From the NCBI GenBank assembly GCA_038227105.1, contig JBBRQB010000004.1, positions 1 to 63,375 on the forward strand: DNA of 63,375 bases. Reading direction: 5' to 3'. A program made the translations under genes and the position numbers. The notes beneath the pieces were generated by a model that saw only the letters and a program-made list of their open reading frames with translations, was not told the origin of the DNA and did no database searches. Below, one piece after another: positions 1-8,594 of this stretch. Each line of letters starts with the position of its first letter. Positions within the stretch are counted from its first letter, which is position 1. The stretch comes from Candidatus Limnocylindria bacterium (GTDB lineage Bacteria; Chloroflexota; Limnocylindria; P2-11E).

Positions 1-344
1 TCGAAGAGGAGATCGGTGAGGTCGGGCCGTTCCGGCCCGACGCCGAAGCGGCGCTGTACCGCGCGTCGGTCGAGGCGCTCCTCAACGCGAAGCGCCACGC
101 CGGCGCCCGCAAAGTGATCGTGAAGGTCCAGCAGGACGAGGCGTACGTCGAGGTCGTCGTTGCCGACGATGGGCAGGGCTTCGCAAGCGAGCAGTGGGGC
201 GAGGCCGCAGCCAAGCCGGGGCACTTCGGGCTCCTCGGGATGCGCGAGCGCATCGGCTTGCTCGGTGGGGTGTGCAAGATCGCGAGCAAGCCGGGTGGCG
301 GCACGACGGTGCGGATCACCGTGCCGAGAGACCGGATCAGCTAG
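1..344 (+). CDS. Sensor histidine kinase, NarX/UhpB-type, C-terminal HATPase domain (5' truncated by window edge)
   Basis: Open from position 3: EALLNAKRHA (N box), VADDGQGF (G1), GHFGLLGMRERI (G2), GGGTTV; stop at 344. Confidence 0.9.
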   Translation, partial: EEEIGEVGPFRPDAEAALYRASVEALLNAKRHAGARKVIVKVQQDEAYVEVVVADDGQGFASEQWGEAAAKPGHFGLLGMRERIGLLGGVCKIASKPGGGTTVRITVPRDRIS

Positions 345-508
345 AGCGCGGCGCGCTCCGCTTCATCGGCGAGCATCACGGGGATGCCGTCGCGGATCGG
401 GTAGCGGCGCCCGCAGGCCGTGCACACCAGGTGCGTCGTCGCGTCGGTGACGGGCGCGTGGTCGACCGGACAGGCCAGGATCTCGAGGAGGTCGCTAGCG
501 ATCGGCAT
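341..508 (-). CDS. Trm112/YcaR family small zinc-knuckle protein (55 aa)
   Basis: MPIASDLLEILACPVDH...LVCTACGRRYPIRDGIPVML matches the Trm112p-like signature; ATG at 508. The longer 185 aa ORF call is an upstream extension. Confidence 0.9.
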   Translation of the reverse strand: MPIASDLLEILACPVDHAPVTDATTHLVCTACGRRYPIRDGIPVMLADEAERAAL

Positions 509-535
509 CGCTCCACAGGGTAGCCCGGGAGCCTC

Positions 536-564
536 TTGACAGCGGTAGTCAATATATCGTTGAC
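536..564. promoter_or_regulatory. Candidate operator: TTGAC-N7-GTCAA-N7-TTGAC between divergent trm112 and S8 peptidase genes
   Basis: TTGAC 536-540, GTCAA 548-552, TTGAC 560-564, immediately before the ATG at 565, in an AT-rich patch. Confidence 0.45.
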
Positions 565-1791
565 ATGCTTGGGAACCCCACGGCCGACGCCCGGGCGATC
601 GCGACGCGCCTCGTCCTCGATTCGCCGAGGCCGGTCGCGGCGTCGGCCCTCCCCACTGGCGATCCGGAGCTCGCCGCGGCGAAGGCCACGGACGCGGGGA
701 TCCCGCCCGAGCTCCTTGCCCGTTTCGGCGCGACCGTTCGCCAGACGCACCGCCGCGCCCGGGTCGTCGTCGTTGACGTAGCGGCCGGTCGGCAAGCCGA
801 GCTCGCCGAGGCCCTCCGTGCGATCGGCATTCCCGCCCGTCCGCCGTTGCCGATCGGCCTTCTGCTCCACGAGAGCGTGCCGTTGCTGCACGTTCCACCG
901 CTCTGGGACGGCGGACTGAGCGGGTCCGGCGTGCGGATCGCGATCGTCGACACCGGGATCGACGCCGGCCATCCGGACCTCAAGGGACGGATCGCGGTGA
1001 GCGCCGATTTCAGCGGTGCCGGCGAGGGAGACGACGTCGGCCATGGCACGCACGTGGCGGGGATCGCCGCGGGCGCGGGCACGGTGTACCGGGGCGTCGC
1101 ACCCGGCGTCACGCTCGTCGTTGCCAAGGCGCTCTCGGCGGCCGGCGGCACGGAGGACGCGGTGCTCGCGGCGATGTCGTGGGCGAGCCAGCAGAGTGTG
1201 CAGGTGATGAATCTCTCCATCGGCGGTCCTGCGCATCCCGGATCGACGACGTCGCCGCTCGCACGCGAGGTCGACGCGCTGACGGCGGACGGCATCATCG
1301 TGTGCGTCGCCGCGGGTAATGGCGGACCCGGTGCCTCGACGATCAGCTCGCCGGGCGACGCACGCGGTGCGTTAACCGTCGGCGCAGCCGATAAGACCGG
1401 CGCGCTCGCCTTCTACAGCTCGCGCGGACCCGTCCCCGGCGTCCGGTATCGCAAGCCCGACGTCCTCGCGATCGGCGGCGGCGTGACCCGCGGTGTGGCG
1501 TGCGCCTATGGGACCGGCATCGCGAGCGCTCGCGCCTCAGTGCTCGCGAGCGACCCCTGCGCCGTGCCGCCGCGATACGTGCGGATGAGCGGGACATCGA
1601 TGGCGACGCCGCACGTCGCCGGCATCTGCGCGCTGCTGCTGGAAGCGCTCGGCGCGACAGGCACCGCTGCCACACGCGCCCGGCTCGTGCGGAACGCGAT
1701 CATCGGCTCGGGGCATGGCGGGATCGTCGACGCGGAGCACGCCCTCGCGAACCTGCGCCGCGGTCGGAACGCACGTACCACTGCGGCCTGA
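565..1791 (+). CDS. S8 (subtilisin-like) serine peptidase, no evident signal peptide
   Basis: Catalytic triad motifs IVDTGID, HGTHVAG and SGTSMATPHVAG; oxyanion AAGN. Confidence 0.95.
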   Translation: MLGNPTADARAIATRLVLDSPRPVAASALPTGDPELAAAKATDAGIPPELLARFGATVRQTHRRARVVVVDVAAGRQAELAEALRAIGIPARPPLPIGLLLHESVPLLHVPPLWDGGLSGSGVRIAIVDTGIDAGHPDLKGRIAVSADFSGAGEGDDVGHGTHVAGIAAGAGTVYRGVAPGVTLVVAKALSAAGGTEDAVLAAMSWASQQSVQVMNLSIGGPAHPGSTTSPLAREVDALTADGIIVCVAAGNGGPGASTISSPGDARGALTVGAADKTGALAFYSSRGPVPGVRYRKPDVLAIGGGVTRGVACAYGTGIASARASVLASDPCAVPPRYVRMSGTSMATPHVAGICALLLEALGATGTAATRARLVRNAIIGSGHGGIVDAEHALANLRRGRNARTTAA

Positions 1792-1838
1792 CGAATAGCG
1801 CCCCGGCCGGCGCTCGCGGATACGAGACACTTACTGCC

Positions 1839-3059
1839 GTGCGCATCGCCATCTTCCATCTCGGCTTCTTCTACGCCGGCGGCGGCGAAAAGCTCGTCCT
1901 CGAGCAGGCGCGCGCGCTCACGCGCCGCGGCCATGACGTGCGCGTGTACGCGCCGATCGTTTACTCCGCCGCATGCTTTCCCGAGCTCATGGCGGAGGTC
2001 CGCCCGCAGGCGCTCATGCGGCGGCTGCCGAACGTCGGCGGGGTGGGCGACGGGTTGACCCTGCTCGCAGCGTCGGCGTTCGCCGGGCGGCTCGTGCGCG
2101 GCATCGACGCGGATGTGTACCTCGGGGCGAACCAGCCAGGTGCCTGGCTCGCGCGGCGCGCCGCGAAGGCCCACGGCCGCCGCTATGTCGTGTACCTGAA
2201 CCAGCCGAACCGGCTGCTCGAGCCGCGCGCCGTCGACCGCGACCCGGGCGCGGTGATCGTGAAGCGCGACTTCTTCCTGCTCTCGGGTGCGACGCTCATC
2301 GGCCGCCCGGTGCTCAGCGTGCTCGACCGGGCGAGCGTGCGCGATGCGGCCATCCGGCTCGGCGACGGCGCGTACATGACTCGGGTCCTGCGCAGCTACT
2401 ACGGTCGAGAGTGGCGCGACTGCCCTGGCGCGGCGGCGCCCGCGGCAACGCCGCCGACGGATCTCGCGCGGAGACAGGACGCGACTGCCACCGTCCGCGG
2501 GATCACGCTCCGCGGTCCGCTCGTGCTCCTCACGAACCGGCATTACCCCCAGAAGCGCTTCGAGTGGATGTTCCCGGTCATCCGAAGGGTCCGCGAGGAG
2601 TTCCCGACGGCACTCCTCGTCATCACCGGCCAGCCGACGGTGTACACGGAGCAGCTGCAAGCGCAGCTGCGCGCGAACGGCCTCGAGGACAGCGTCCGGT
2701 TCCTCGGGCTGGTGAGCGAGGCGGACCTCCTCCAGCTGTACCGTTCCGCGGCCGCATATGTGTACCCGTCGCCGGAGGAGGACTTCGGCCTCGGCCTCGT
2801 GGAGGCGATGGGTCAGGGCACGCCGGTCGTCGCGTGGGATAACGCCGGGCCCTCGGGGATCGTGGAGGATGGCCGCTCCGGGCGGCTCATCCCGCTCGAC
2901 GACCACGCGGGCTTCGCCGCCGCGGTGCTCGAGCTCGTGCGCGACCCCGAGACCCGGACCCGGCTCGGGCTCGGCGGCTGGCGCCGCGTCCGAGAGCACT
3001 TCTCGTTCGACCGGCACACCGACATCCTCGAAGGGGCGCTCCGTGAAGCCGCAGGCTGA
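1839..3059 (+). CDS. Glycosyltransferase family 4 (GT-B)
   Basis: GTG at 1839; GGGEKLV N-terminal motif and EDFGLGLVEAMGQG (E-x7-E) motif. Confidence 0.9.
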   Translation: MRIAIFHLGFFYAGGGEKLVLEQARALTRRGHDVRVYAPIVYSAACFPELMAEVRPQALMRRLPNVGGVGDGLTLLAASAFAGRLVRGIDADVYLGANQPGAWLARRAAKAHGRRYVVYLNQPNRLLEPRAVDRDPGAVIVKRDFFLLSGATLIGRPVLSVLDRASVRDAAIRLGDGAYMTRVLRSYYGREWRDCPGAAAPAATPPTDLARRQDATATVRGITLRGPLVLLTNRHYPQKRFEWMFPVIRRVREEFPTALLVITGQPTVYTEQLQAQLRANGLEDSVRFLGLVSEADLLQLYRSAAAYVYPSPEEDFGLGLVEAMGQGTPVVAWDNAGPSGIVEDGRSGRLIPLDDHAGFAAAVLELVRDPETRTRLGLGGWRRVREHFSFDRHTDILEGALREAAG

Positions 3060-3864
3060 GCCGCGGACCACGTTCTTCGACGCGCAGCCCCCGCGCTCGC
3101 CGTTCAGCGACGCGCTTCGGGGCGACCCGCTCGCGCGGGCGTTCCGGATCCGCGACGCCGCCTGGCTGTCCGTCCTCCGCGCGCTGCCGCTCGCGCCGGA
3201 GGACTGGGTCCTGGACGTCGGCGGCGCGGATGGCGTGATCGCCGATCGCGTCCACGCGCTCCGCGGCACGCGCGGGGTCTGCGTGGACGTCGCGATGCGC
3301 GGTCTCGCGCAGGCGCGCGAGCGGGGAGTCGAGGTGCGTCCGGTCGCGGCGGACGGGCGGCACCTGCCGTTCCCGAGCGGCACATTCGCGGCGACGCTGT
3401 CGTTCGAGACGCTCGAGCATGTCGTTCCGTGGGCCGACGTCGTGGCCGAACTCGTCCGCGTGACGAAGCCCGGCGGTGCCATCGTGACGAGCGCGGTGAG
3501 CGCCCGATGGAAGGGGACATGGAACTGGTGTCTGGACCGGCTCGGCGTGGACATCCACTCGTACGCCGATCACGACCCGATCCGGTTCGTCGATCAGGAC
3601 GATCTGCGCGCCGCGTTCGCGGCGAACGGCGCGGAGGTCCGCGCGGTCCACGAATTGAACGCCTTCGCCACGCTCGCGTACGACCAGGGGGTGATGCTGG
3701 CCGCGGTCCTCGCCGACCGCGCGCCGGCGGGCGTCGGGAACGCGTTCCTCACGGCCGCGACGGCGACGCGCCGGTTCGTTGGACCGCCGCTCGTCCTGTC
3801 GGAGCTTCCCTGGCGCCTTCTTTCGCGATCGAACAGCATCCTCGTGGTGGCGCGGAAGCGATAG
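3043..3864 (+). CDS. Class I SAM-dependent methyltransferase
   Basis: VLDVGGADG (motif I), ADGRHLPF, LEHV, LVRVTKPGG; GTG start overlaps the end of the GT4 gene. Confidence 0.88.
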   Translation: MKPQAEPRTTFFDAQPPRSPFSDALRGDPLARAFRIRDAAWLSVLRALPLAPEDWVLDVGGADGVIADRVHALRGTRGVCVDVAMRGLAQARERGVEVRPVAADGRHLPFPSGTFAATLSFETLEHVVPWADVVAELVRVTKPGGAIVTSAVSARWKGTWNWCLDRLGVDIHSYADHDPIRFVDQDDLRAAFAANGAEVRAVHELNAFATLAYDQGVMLAAVLADRAPAGVGNAFLTAATATRRFVGPPLVLSELPWRLLSRSNSILVVARKR

Positions 3865-3866
3865 CG

Positions 3867-4487
3867 ATGCGCGGGGTCACCGACCGGCGCCCGTACACGG
3901 TCGTCTGGGAGAAGGAGCAGCTCCTCGCGTCGCTCGGTGCCGCCGGGCGCGTGCTCGACGCCGGCGCGGCGGACGGGCAGTACGTCCTGCCGTGGCGCGC
4001 GCAAGCCACGCAGGTCGTCGCGCTTGACATCGACGCGACGCGCGTCGCGCAGCTGCGCGAGCGCGTCGGCGGCGCGCCGGGCGTCTCGATCGTGCAGGCG
4101 TCGATCGAGCGGCTCCCCTTCGCCGACCGGACGTTCGACCTCGTCTGGGCCTCGGAGATCGTCGAACACCTGCGGTCGTTGCGTGTCATCGACGAGCTCG
4201 AGCGGATCAGCGCCGGGCGGATCGTCATCACCCTGCCGAACCCGCGCGGCCCGTACCGGTATCTCGACCGGACGCACGTGCTCCGGTACTCGATCGGCTC
4301 GTTGCAGGCCGCGTTCGCCGCTCGGCCGGGCTGGACGTACCGGGTCGAAGGGCTCGGTGGATGCCTCCCGGCATGGGCCGGTGCGCGACCGGTGCGCCGC
4401 GCGTGGCTCGCGCTCTCGCGGACCCATCCTGCGCTCGCCTGGACGCTCGTGATCGTCGGCACGCGCGCCAGCGCCCGGTCGGATTGA
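3867..4487 (+). CDS. Class I SAM-dependent methyltransferase
   Basis: VLDAGAADG, IERLPFADRTFDLV, EIVEHL. Confidence 0.88.
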   Translation: MRGVTDRRPYTVVWEKEQLLASLGAAGRVLDAGAADGQYVLPWRAQATQVVALDIDATRVAQLRERVGGAPGVSIVQASIERLPFADRTFDLVWASEIVEHLRSLRVIDELERISAGRIVITLPNPRGPYRYLDRTHVLRYSIGSLQAAFAARPGWTYRVEGLGGCLPAWAGARPVRRAWLALSRTHPALAWTLVIVGTRASARSD

Positions 4488-4494
4488 GCAGACG

Positions 4495-5724
4495 ATGCGC
4501 AAGGTGACGTTCGTCGCGCTCCTCCTCGTTCTCCTGGCCGATCTGCCGATGCTGATCCCACCGCCGTTCGGGCTGACCGATCACCTCGTCTTCTGGAAGG
4601 CGGGCGAGATCGTCGGCCAGGGCGGGTCGCCGTACGCGATGTCCGCTTGGGTGGAGGCGCAACGCGTGTACACGAGCGGCCACCTCGCGCCGTTCGTGGA
4701 CGCGAATCGGCCGGTGTGGGTGTACCCGGCGTGGACGGCATTCCTGTTCGTCCCCTTCGGCTGGCTCCCCTACCCGGCCGGACCGTGGGTCCTCTACCTG
4801 TCGTACCTTGTGATCGGCATCGCCGCGACCATCCTGTTCGTCCGCTCGCTCCCGGAACCCTGGCGGACCGCGGCGGAGCCGGCGATCCCGCTCGCGGCGC
4901 TGTTCCAGCCGCTCGTCATCGCCGACCGGTACGGCCAATTCGGCAGCTTCCTGCTCCTCGGCGTCGTGCTCGTGTATCTCGGCCTGCTGCGACGCCGCAC
5001 CGCGCTGCTCAGCGCGGGCGCCCTCCTCCTCTTCACGAAGCCCCAGCTATTCGGACTGCTCGTCCCCGTGGTGCTCTGGGTCCTCGTCCGGTGGACCGCA
5101 TGGCGGACGGTCGCGGTCGTCGGGTCGCTGCTCGCGGCCGTGGCGATCGTCACGACACTGCGGTACCCGGAGTCGCTCGCGTCCTTCTCGTACGGCGCCA
5201 ATGAACGTGTCACGACGTACCTCTCGTGGTACTCGACAACGTGGGGCTTCGCCATGCATATCTTGGGCGCAGCGTGGCTCCCGGCATCGCTCACGCTCAT
5301 CGCCCTGGCGGCAGCCGCCACAGCCGTCGCGGTCCGGCGGCTCCCAACGGAGCTGCGGCTCGCCGGGGCCGTCGCTGGCGCGTGCGCGCTGTCCCTTGCG
5401 GTCGCGCCGGTCGACTTCCACTACGACCAGTCGCCGCTCATCCTCATGATCGTCCTAGCGGTCGCCGTGGGCCGCGGGCCGCTCCAGATCGCCGCCACGT
5501 GGATCACCGCGGCGGTGGTCCCGTGGTTCGTCTTCTTCGTCGCGCTCAACATCGGCGGCACCGACTCGCAATCCCTGTCGGGCGTGGTGCCGCTCCTGTT
5601 CGGTCCGCTGCTGCTCCTCGCTACGGCGTCCGGTCGGGCAGCGCAGCCACCGGACCCGGCGCGTCCGGATCGCCCACGAGGATGGACTCGTCGGCGCTCA
5701 TCGCCAGCACCCCCGCAAAACTGA
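4495..5724 (+). CDS. GT-C fold glycosyltransferase (GT87/DUF2029-like), polytopic membrane protein
   Basis: About 10 hydrophobic segments; early D-containing loop (TDHLVFW), G-x-x-PY, YP-x-W-TAFLF, GQ and KPQ motifs typical of GT87. Confidence 0.75.
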   Translation: MRKVTFVALLLVLLADLPMLIPPPFGLTDHLVFWKAGEIVGQGGSPYAMSAWVEAQRVYTSGHLAPFVDANRPVWVYPAWTAFLFVPFGWLPYPAGPWVLYLSYLVIGIAATILFVRSLPEPWRTAAEPAIPLAALFQPLVIADRYGQFGSFLLLGVVLVYLGLLRRRTALLSAGALLLFTKPQLFGLLVPVVLWVLVRWTAWRTVAVVGSLLAAVAIVTTLRYPESLASFSYGANERVTTYLSWYSTTWGFAMHILGAAWLPASLTLIALAAAATAVAVRRLPTELRLAGAVAGACALSLAVAPVDFHYDQSPLILMIVLAVAVGRGPLQIAATWITAAVVPWFVFFVALNIGGTDSQSLSGVVPLLFGPLLLLATASGRAAQPPDPARPDRPRGWTRRRSSPAPPQN

Positions 5725-7273
5725 AATAGTTCTGTAGCGAGCGCCAGGCGAACCAGAGGATGAGGCTCGGGAACACGAGCGCGCCGTTCGGGAGCCTCCG
5801 CCAGAAGCGCCAGAGGAGCCGGAGCAGCACGAGCATCGCGACCGCCGAGAGCAGCCCGTACGCGGCGCGCGGCAGGAATGGGAGCTCGCCGTCGATCGCG
5901 AAGCGGATGAGCCCCACCCCGTACGGCTCGAGCGGACCGAGCAGCGGCGTCAGGACCCCAGCCACGTATGTGCCCGGCGACATGAGGATGAACGGGACAT
6001 TCGGCAGGAGCCCGGCGAACGCGGCGATCGCCGCGCGGCGGAGCGCCTCCGGCCGGCCCTCGCGCTTCCACACCGCGACGAGGTAGAACGGCACGAAGAA
6101 CCACGCTGGCTGCCGTGCCGCACAGGCGAGGCCGATGAGGATCGGCGAGAGCCGGCGCCGCCCGACAAAGATGAACGCGAGCACGGTAAGCACGGCCCAG
6201 AGCGGATCGACGCCGGCGAGGATGTTCTGCCGCATGATGACCCCGTTCCCCACGATTGCCGCCGTCACGAGGGGCCGCCACGGAACTCGGACCGCGCGTA
6301 TGAGCAGCAGGACGCAGAGGACGATCTCACCGAGGTAGAGGAAGCGGATGTCACGCAGTCCCGCCGCGACGAACGGCGCCGGTACGAGGAACGAGAGTGC
6401 CGGGTAGTTGTACGTGTGCACGTCCGAGCCGTCCTCGAAGTGCGTCGCGAGCGCCGGGTCGAGCCCGAAACGCCGGAGCGCCTGGATGAGGTCGAGGTCA
6501 CGGTACGGATCGCCACCCGCCACGACGACCTCAGCCGCGCTGTGCACCACGGCGACGCTATCGACGTGATAACCCTTACCGAGGATGAGGGCGAGCGCGA
6601 CGAGCACGTAGGCGCCGAGCGCCACCCCGGTCGCGAGGGCGTCACGCACCGGGCGGCGGATGTGGACGACCGCGAGGACCGGGAGCACCGCCACGACGAC
6701 GAGCGCCCACAGGTCGTCCGGCGCGATCGCCGCACCCGATGAGACGACATAGTGCCGCTCACTGATGCGCGCGAAGCACGCGACTGCGAGGAGCCCAAGG
6801 CCGATGCGGCGGACCCGCTCGTCATCGTCCACGCGGTCGCGGGCCAGGATCATCAGGACGAGGAAGAAGAGCGCGAGCACCCCGGCGATCGCGTTCGTCG
6901 CCGGGTAGTCGCCGACGAACGGATCGGGGCCGAAGAAGCGCAACGCTGGCGTCCAGCTCGCGAACGCCGCAACGGTGAGCGCGCGGAACGCGGGGGCGGT
7001 CATGAGGAACGCGAGGCCCGCCGCGATGACATAGAGCGCGAGTCCGGCGGCGTTCGCCGACACGTCGCTCGCGGTGAGATACATGGCAGCGAAGGCGAGG
7101 AACGCGAGGACCGGCGTGAAGCGGTGCGGTCGGCGTGGGACGGCCATGAGGATGACCGCGAGGTACAGCATGAAGCCGTAGGCGAAGACGACGTCCCCGC
7201 CCTCGTAGATCGCGTGCCGGACCGTCGCGGCGGAGACGATCCCCGTCGCGGCGAGGATGAGCCCCGCGCGCAC
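5621..7273 (-). CDS. Large polytopic membrane protein with C-terminal GT-C (GT87-like) domain; start codon uncertain
   Basis: Many TM helices; DSVAVVH, G-x-DPY, YNYPALSFL, AACAARQ. The first plausible start after the flippase stop is GTG 7273. Confidence 0.7.
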   Translation of the reverse strand: MRAGLILAATGIVSAATVRHAIYEGGDVVFAYGFMLYLAVILMAVPRRPHRFTPVLAFLAFAAMYLTASDVSANAAGLALYVIAAGLAFLMTAPAFRALTVAAFASWTPALRFFGPDPFVGDYPATNAIAGVLALFFLVLMILARDRVDDDERVRRIGLGLLAVACFARISERHYVVSSGAAIAPDDLWALVVVAVLPVLAVVHIRRPVRDALATGVALGAYVLVALALILGKGYHVDSVAVVHSAAEVVVAGGDPYRDLDLIQALRRFGLDPALATHFEDGSDVHTYNYPALSFLVPAPFVAAGLRDIRFLYLGEIVLCVLLLIRAVRVPWRPLVTAAIVGNGVIMRQNILAGVDPLWAVLTVLAFIFVGRRRLSPILIGLACAARQPAWFFVPFYLVAVWKREGRPEALRRAAIAAFAGLLPNVPFILMSPGTYVAGVLTPLLGPLEPYGVGLIRFAIDGELPFLPRAAYGLLSAVAMLVLLRLLWRFWRRLPNGALVFPSLILWFAWRSLQNYFSFAGVLAMSADESILVGDPDAPGPVAALPDRTP

Positions 7274-7307
7274 GAGGACCGGGTCGCCGTGGGCATCGGC
7301 AGTGCGA

Positions 7308-8567
7308 CTAACGATGGCGCCGCTCCCGGAGATACGTGAGCACGGCCGCGGTCTGTGTGACAGCGGCGACGGTGAGCACGACCCGGACCAGCGTCGCGGC
7401 GTCCCGGGCGAACAGCGTGATGAGCACGATCTCGGCGACCACCCCGAGCGCGAGGAGCAGACCGAAGCGCATCTCACCCCGGCCGATGAAGTGGGCGATC
7501 CACAGCGATAGGAGCGCGTTCAGCAGAGAGGCGATCGCGTACGGACCGATGAGGCGCGCCGTGGTCGGGTACTGATCCCCCACGACGATGCGGGTCAACG
7601 CGTCCGGCGCGATGAGAAAGGCGAGGGTCACGAGACCGCTCGTGAGGAGCACGAAGGCGAGCGCGACGAACAGCGCGCGGTCGGTGTCCTCACCCCGGGC
7701 GTGCGAGCGCGCAGTCCGCTCGAGGAGGATGAAGCCGACCGCGATCGGCGCGAACAACACGACCTTCGCCATCGTGATCGTGCCGGCATACGCACCGGCG
7801 TCGGCTGGAGGCAGGATCGCGCGCGCGACGATCGCATCCAGGTTCGTGAGCGCGGCGTACGCGAGCATGATCACCGACGCGAGGAGGAAGAAGCGCGTCT
7901 CGGCGCGGCCGAGCTCGACCCCGTGGACCGCGCCACGTGCGGCGCGGAACAGCGGGGCGAGCGGTACGAGCGAGAGGAGCAGGCCCGCGACGAGGGCGCA
8001 CATTGCGCCCACGAACGCGCCGGTGACGCCGAAGCCGAGCAAGACGAGCGCGACCCCGACCGCGAGCCGGGCGACGGCCTGGATGATGAAGTACCAGCCG
8101 AACCAGCTGAACCGGCCGAGGCCCTGCAGGAGCCCGCCGGTGAAGGTGAGTGGCGCGGCGATGAAGAGCGCGACGCCGAGCAGCACGACGCTCGCCACGG
8201 GCAGCGCGAGCCCGGCGCTGATGAGCGGCGCGGCGGCCACGATCGCGAGGGCCGGCAGACCTGCGCCTATGAGGATGCGGCGGGTCCACCGGCGCACGAA
8301 CACGTGCAGCGCGGCTTCCTCGCCACGGGCGCGGTACTGGGCGGCGAGCCGCGCGGTGGCCGACTGGATGACCTGCGCCGACAGCGATTCGAGGATCAAG
8401 ATCCCGAAGAGCGCGGTGAGGATCGCGTAGTCGGCCGGCTCTAAGAGACGCGCCATCACGACCTGGTAGCCGTAGCCGAAGACGTTCGCGATGGTCGTCG
8501 CGATGAGGACCCAGAGCACGCCGCGGGCCGCGACGATCCGGCCGAGGAGCGTGCCGGTGGTGCTCAC
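7308..8567 (-). CDS. Oligosaccharide flippase (Wzx/MOP superfamily)
   Basis: About 12 TM helices; NVFGYGYQVVMARLLEP-x-DY, LD-x-IVARAIL, AGAYAG. Candidate leaderless promoter TACGCT-N6-GTG. Confidence 0.85.
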   Translation of the reverse strand: MSTTGTLLGRIVAARGVLWVLIATTIANVFGYGYQVVMARLLEPADYAILTALFGILILESLSAQVIQSATARLAAQYRARGEEAALHVFVRRWTRRILIGAGLPALAIVAAAPLISAGLALPVASVVLLGVALFIAAPLTFTGGLLQGLGRFSWFGWYFIIQAVARLAVGVALVLLGFGVTGAFVGAMCALVAGLLLSLVPLAPLFRAARGAVHGVELGRAETRFFLLASVIMLAYAALTNLDAIVARAILPPADAGAYAGTITMAKVVLFAPIAVGFILLERTARSHARGEDTDRALFVALAFVLLTSGLVTLAFLIAPDALTRIVVGDQYPTTARLIGPYAIASLLNALLSLWIAHFIGRGEMRFGLLLALGVVAEIVLITLFARDAATLVRVVLTVAAVTQTAAVLTYLRERRHR

Positions 8568-8594
8568 GCGCGGAGCGTAGGTCAGGGCCGATCG

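Noticed and set aside
1506-3554. Long antisense or alternative-frame ORFs (e.g. 1506-3554 -, 15818-17443 -, 13540-15030 +, 49426-50520 +)
   Set aside because: They shadow genes with clear family motifs, are Arg/Ala/Pro-rich and lack motifs of their own; this is expected at about 70% GC.
341-4487. Trm112 as activator of the two nearby methyltransferases
   Set aside because: It is in a different, divergent transcription unit separated by the protease gene; proximity alone is weak evidence.
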